From positions 646,944 through 710,943 of the forward strand of contig NMRA01000136.1 in the NCBI GenBank assembly GCA_002633005.1: a stretch of 64,000 nucleotides of DNA, given 5' to 3'. The notes under the pieces were generated by a model, which saw nothing but the letters and a program-made list of their open reading frames with translations, was not told where the DNA came from and ran no database searches. Positions 63,301 to 64,000 of the stretch are shown here, piece after piece. Position 1 is the first letter of the stretch, and the number at the start of each line of letters is the position of its first letter. Made by a program: the position numbers and the translations under genes. Source of the DNA: Phoronis australis. Lineage: Eukaryota; Animalia; Phoronida.

Positions 63301-63622
63301 GAGAGCCATCGTCCAGCGTGCGGTCAAGGATTTGACCATAGAGAAGTCACTGAAAACCTACGAAGAGGTGTGGCTCAGCAAGGTGTTTGAACTCCGCCCT
63401 CACGTACGGAACAAACAGATCAGTCAGGAACTGGTGTCCACTCACGGAGATCAGCCATTGGACAGTCAAAGCGAGAGATCTCCCAGCGAGATGTCCTCTC
63501 ATCCACCGTTAACAAGTCGCACCAATCCACTGACTAGCCGAGTGTCCAATCACAGCGTGCACAGCAGGAATAGACGGTCAAGCATATCATCGCTGCCACA
63601 GTCACTGATCAATGCTGGAGAG
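30278..63622 (+). CDS. Axonemal dynein heavy chain, divergent outer-arm-beta (DNAH9/11/17)-like; tail and start of linker, continues beyond the window
   Basis: 29 GT-AG coding exons in one consistent frame from ATG 30278. Dynein tail motifs: VLESTVIGWIKQI, PGPLDEIDMW, FMERCNDVLELV, MPSVVSKLSWVRALKARV, LLLLLREIHYL, VGWLRVDMKPIKQ, LSNPAMRTRHWKQL, IEKSLKTYEEVW. Confidence 0.92.
31472..31638 (+). CDS. Dynein HC exon 2
   Basis: LAFHEFINNEDTKRLFVY...KSVFFLKAEGAKLTKDNI. Confidence 0.88.
32392..32585 (+). CDS. Dynein HC exon 3
   Basis: EEVSYVDCGESPIEHLDLLTREVYLPLL...NGLST. Confidence 0.9.
33183..33308 (+). CDS. Dynein HC exon 4
   Basis: GEIVLPLP...VLHVLESTVIGWIKQIR. Confidence 0.9.
33589..33810 (+). 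CDS. Dynein HC exon 5
   Basis: AVLKHDP...PGPLDEIDMWTRRANTLQSI...EIEK. Confidence 0.9.
34040..34503. mobile_element. hAT-like MITE with a 6-bp TSD
   Basis: Perfect 13-bp TIR cagggcttggaat / attccaagccctg; flanked by AGTTTA on both sides; internal tttccgc motifs. Confidence 0.85.
35173..35321 (+). CDS. Dynein HC exon 6
   Basis: GSKETGEVLKFLSTLHPWF...MHTILLVWQYS. Confidence 0.9.
35660..35835 (-). mobile_element. tRNA-derived SINE fragment
   Basis: Minus strand reads ...cctccaacccctgaggtcgtgggttcaaatccatcttgggcag (B-box) followed by a SINE-like body. Confidence 0.55.
36030..38411 (-). mobile_element. 5'-truncated HERO-type (RLE) non-LTR retrotransposon, disrupted
   Basis: RT motifs RTISLLNIEGKIF, QKGGVPGVLGCIEH, WLDLANAYGSIPH, MDDMTV; zinc knuckle CVLCKKPANLEHVLSSC; RHDQVL; RLE motifs RPDIVMWS and PVEVGCRGF; several stops and frameshifts. 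Confidence 0.92.
38446..38557 (+). CDS. Dynein HC exon 7
   Basis: YYHQELNFHNLLRVISNEVVHRAMAMVGEDVLREPLE. Confidence 0.9.
39394..39515 (+). CDS. Dynein HC exon 8
   Basis: SYSKLKEALKVCAAFRGTYLDYRDKADEINTQNVEENKEK. Confidence 0.88.
40381..40575 (+). CDS. Dynein HC exon 9
   Basis: IKRPQGQMWTTKMY...SPWPPRNAPCFDLLNSFME. Confidence 0.88.
41259..41490 (+). CDS. Dynein HC exon 10
   Basis: CNDVLELVQTTRHF...EVGGAGS...FEKAFFIFRTVVK. Confidence 0.9.
41872..41991 (+). CDS. Dynein HC exon 11
   Basis: DLEKKLAEILRTAFQQCPTIGAQLRLLEVFEGISGRELVQ. Confidence 0.9.
42762..42929 (+). CDS. Dynein HC exon 12
   Basis: ANLKDKDRMLVESF...PPVHKNMPSVVSKLSWVRALKARVQ. Confidence 0.9.
43346..43449 (+). CDS. Dynein HC exon 13
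   Basis: GPMEKIRQISPHSLEGDLGWHMRDVYSEVEHDLN. Confidence 0.88.
43700..43845. mobile_element. Mini hAT-like MITE, tandem dimer
   Basis: Two ~70-bp units; the second has catgggcggc...gccgcccatg TIRs; same family as 18060-18156. Confidence 0.65.
44015..44093 (+). CDS. Dynein HC exon 14
   Basis: YENLIVDEWKKNVTAELTARLKQPLL. Confidence 0.88.
44082..44357. repeat. 34-bp minisatellite (~8 copies) spanning an exon/intron junction
   Basis: Unit caacccttactg|gtatgtgacagtcat(a/g)g(t/c)tgt(c/g); the first copy overlaps the end of exon 44015-44093. Confidence 0.92.
45425..45715 (+). CDS. Dynein HC exon 15
   Basis: VAEEYDE...HVNLDMKLLLLLREIHYL...EQPLFDRKLAKIDD. Confidence 0.9.
46835..47070 (+). CDS. Dynein HC exon 16
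   Basis: LFDQGLNTYTWKTSESVDFIE...ISWSK...EELVKMQ. Confidence 0.9.
47418..47496 (+). CDS. Dynein HC exon 17
   Basis: ELNEDFVNQVVPSGYKIHNLLKSSFE. Confidence 0.85.
48102..48245 (+). CDS. Dynein HC exon 18
   Basis: AVQISQASPAWANYVDYIDAIVLDGLK...SNMKQ. Confidence 0.9.
49218..49388 (+). CDS. Dynein HC exon 19
   Basis: GDTVPILTIRLELIENFVAFRPPLD...MLGPK. Confidence 0.9.
49955..50751. repeat. 398-bp tandem duplication joined by a single N (probable assembly artefact)
   Basis: 49955-50352 matches 50354-50751 apart from two substitutions noticed; N at 50353. Confidence 0.85.
51086..52582 (+). mobile_element. HINE (Helentron-associated, DINE-1-like) element with internal satellite array
   Basis: 5' T-run plus subTIR atgcgcccac in a hairpin (atgcgcccacat...atgtggacgcat), (GTCC)n microsatellite, ~150-bp monomers, 3' subTIR gtgggcgcat plus palindrome caacgc-tct-gcgttg and ctcttgt. 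Confidence 0.82.
53322..53417 (+). CDS. Dynein HC exon 20
   Basis: GSYKDYIETDQEVTQMLQQITDVVNENGEECK. Confidence 0.88.
53440..53660. repeat. ~63-bp degenerate minisatellite (~3.5 copies)
   Basis: Repeated ttatggattagttattagtggtgtaaag..aggc.g.gactgttgaagtagggaggggtt. Confidence 0.75.
53848..54020 (+). CDS. Dynein HC exon 21
   Basis: TLLDLFSDYSFLWMQDVNQTFQQFLSG...ARSMATS; ends in phase 2. Confidence 0.9.
54702..55127 (+). CDS. Candidate 426-nt cassette exon of the dynein HC
   Basis: Pyrimidine tract plus cacag acceptor, gtatgc donor, phase 2-2, open in the dynein frame. Confidence 0.55.
57206..57223 (+). CDS. Candidate 18-nt microexon of the dynein HC
   Basis: ctctttttactttacaccag | tctgaaggtagtggattg | gtaag; phase 2-2, no stop. 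Confidence 0.45.
57653..57797 (+). CDS. Dynein HC exon 22
   Basis: TSSAKSSIEAAG...IPTLDEFDEEINIYK. Confidence 0.9.
59242..59382 (+). CDS. Dynein HC exon 23
   Basis: TARDEISSIPEFRDVGWLRVDMKPIKQVLTTYASKWMWTFTKYLSDQ. Confidence 0.92.
59655..59777 (+). CDS. Dynein HC exon 24
   Basis: VTSMLTDLDEFLKRIEPE...SFMKMMRLFNE. Confidence 0.9.
60332..60544 (+). CDS. Dynein HC exon 25
   Basis: VSAKQNEMDGKF...LLKKYG...APGRWSNLK...RITK. Confidence 0.9.
60745..60830 (+). mobile_element. tRNA-derived SINE head
   Basis: ccgacagctcagatgactagagc (A-box) ... ggtttaaatccctgtcgg (B-box; ccgaca/tgtcgg stem). Confidence 0.55.
61100..61311 (+). CDS. Dynein HC exon 26
   Basis: DLEAFGERV...ENEAQDLIELQELLE...FSILP. Confidence 0.9.
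61893..62112 (+). CDS. Dynein HC exon 27
   Basis: CHHDLDNLKEVWE...EWKRHRWQKMN...WDVYLGLKESITTIQ. Confidence 0.92.
62766..62919 (+). CDS. Dynein HC exon 28
   Basis: ACLPLIDDLSNPAMRTRHWKQLVRVTG...TLGELLGLGLQ. Confidence 0.92.
63285..63622 (+). CDS. Dynein HC exon 29 (with Ser-rich insert)
   Basis: HVDDVRAIVQRAVKDLTIEKSLKTYEEVWLSKVFEL...SLINAGE; gtatg donor. Confidence 0.88.
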
Positions 63623-64000
63623 GTATGGGCAGATAATTTCTGCTAACTGTATTTATTGTTAGTAGTTTATAATAAGAGATATACAGTATGAATATTCCTT
63701 TCAAAGTAATGCCTTTTGTTAAATATATACTTCCTCAATATTTACCGACCAAAAAAGAATTAAACCATTTAATCTTATAAAAAATTGGTCTCCTAACATT
63801 TTTACCATAAGAGGATTTAATTTCCATTTCCAACCAGAACATCAAAACCAACACCAACTCAAGAAAACACTCTGGAGTTTAACCAACTTTAAAATTGCAA
63901 ATTTGAGAGTGACACTTGAATGCATCACCTGTAACCTGATTTGCCGCCTCAATTGGCAACAATTCAAGATTGGATAACCGTGGAAAATATTCTTAAAACC

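Noticed and set aside
653-63622. Functional linkage between Duox and the dynein gene
   Set aside because: They are separated by about 20 kb of repeats; adjacency alone is no evidence without conserved synteny.

Overview
Eukaryotic (invertebrate-like, AT-rich, intron-rich) genomic DNA, not prokaryotic. It has one 381-N gap (10569-10949) and a single-N join (50353). (1) 653-8230, +: the last 10 coding exons of a dual-oxidase (DUOX)-type NADPH oxidase (ferric-reductase TM, FAD and NADPH domains). The frame and splice sites are intact, but the NADPH-binding motifs carry unusual substitutions. (2) About 8.3-28 kb: transposon debris, including an internally deleted Kolobok with THAP and KolX relics, an inverted pair of 1.2-kb TTAA elements, a Gypsy gag relic, HINE-like elements, hAT MITEs and minisatellites, plus scattered exon-like pieces of an unidentified minus-strand gene or pseudogene. 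(3) From ATG 30278 past the window end, +: the 5' part (29 coding exons, tail and start of linker) of a divergent outer-arm-beta-like axonemal dynein heavy chain. Its introns hold a 5'-truncated HERO-type RLE LINE, a HINE with a trimeric higher-order repeat, a minisatellite built from an exon's own splice donor, and three frame-preserving candidate cassette exons (426, 39 and 18 nt). All coordinates and translations were read by hand; family assignments come from motif recognition, not database searches.
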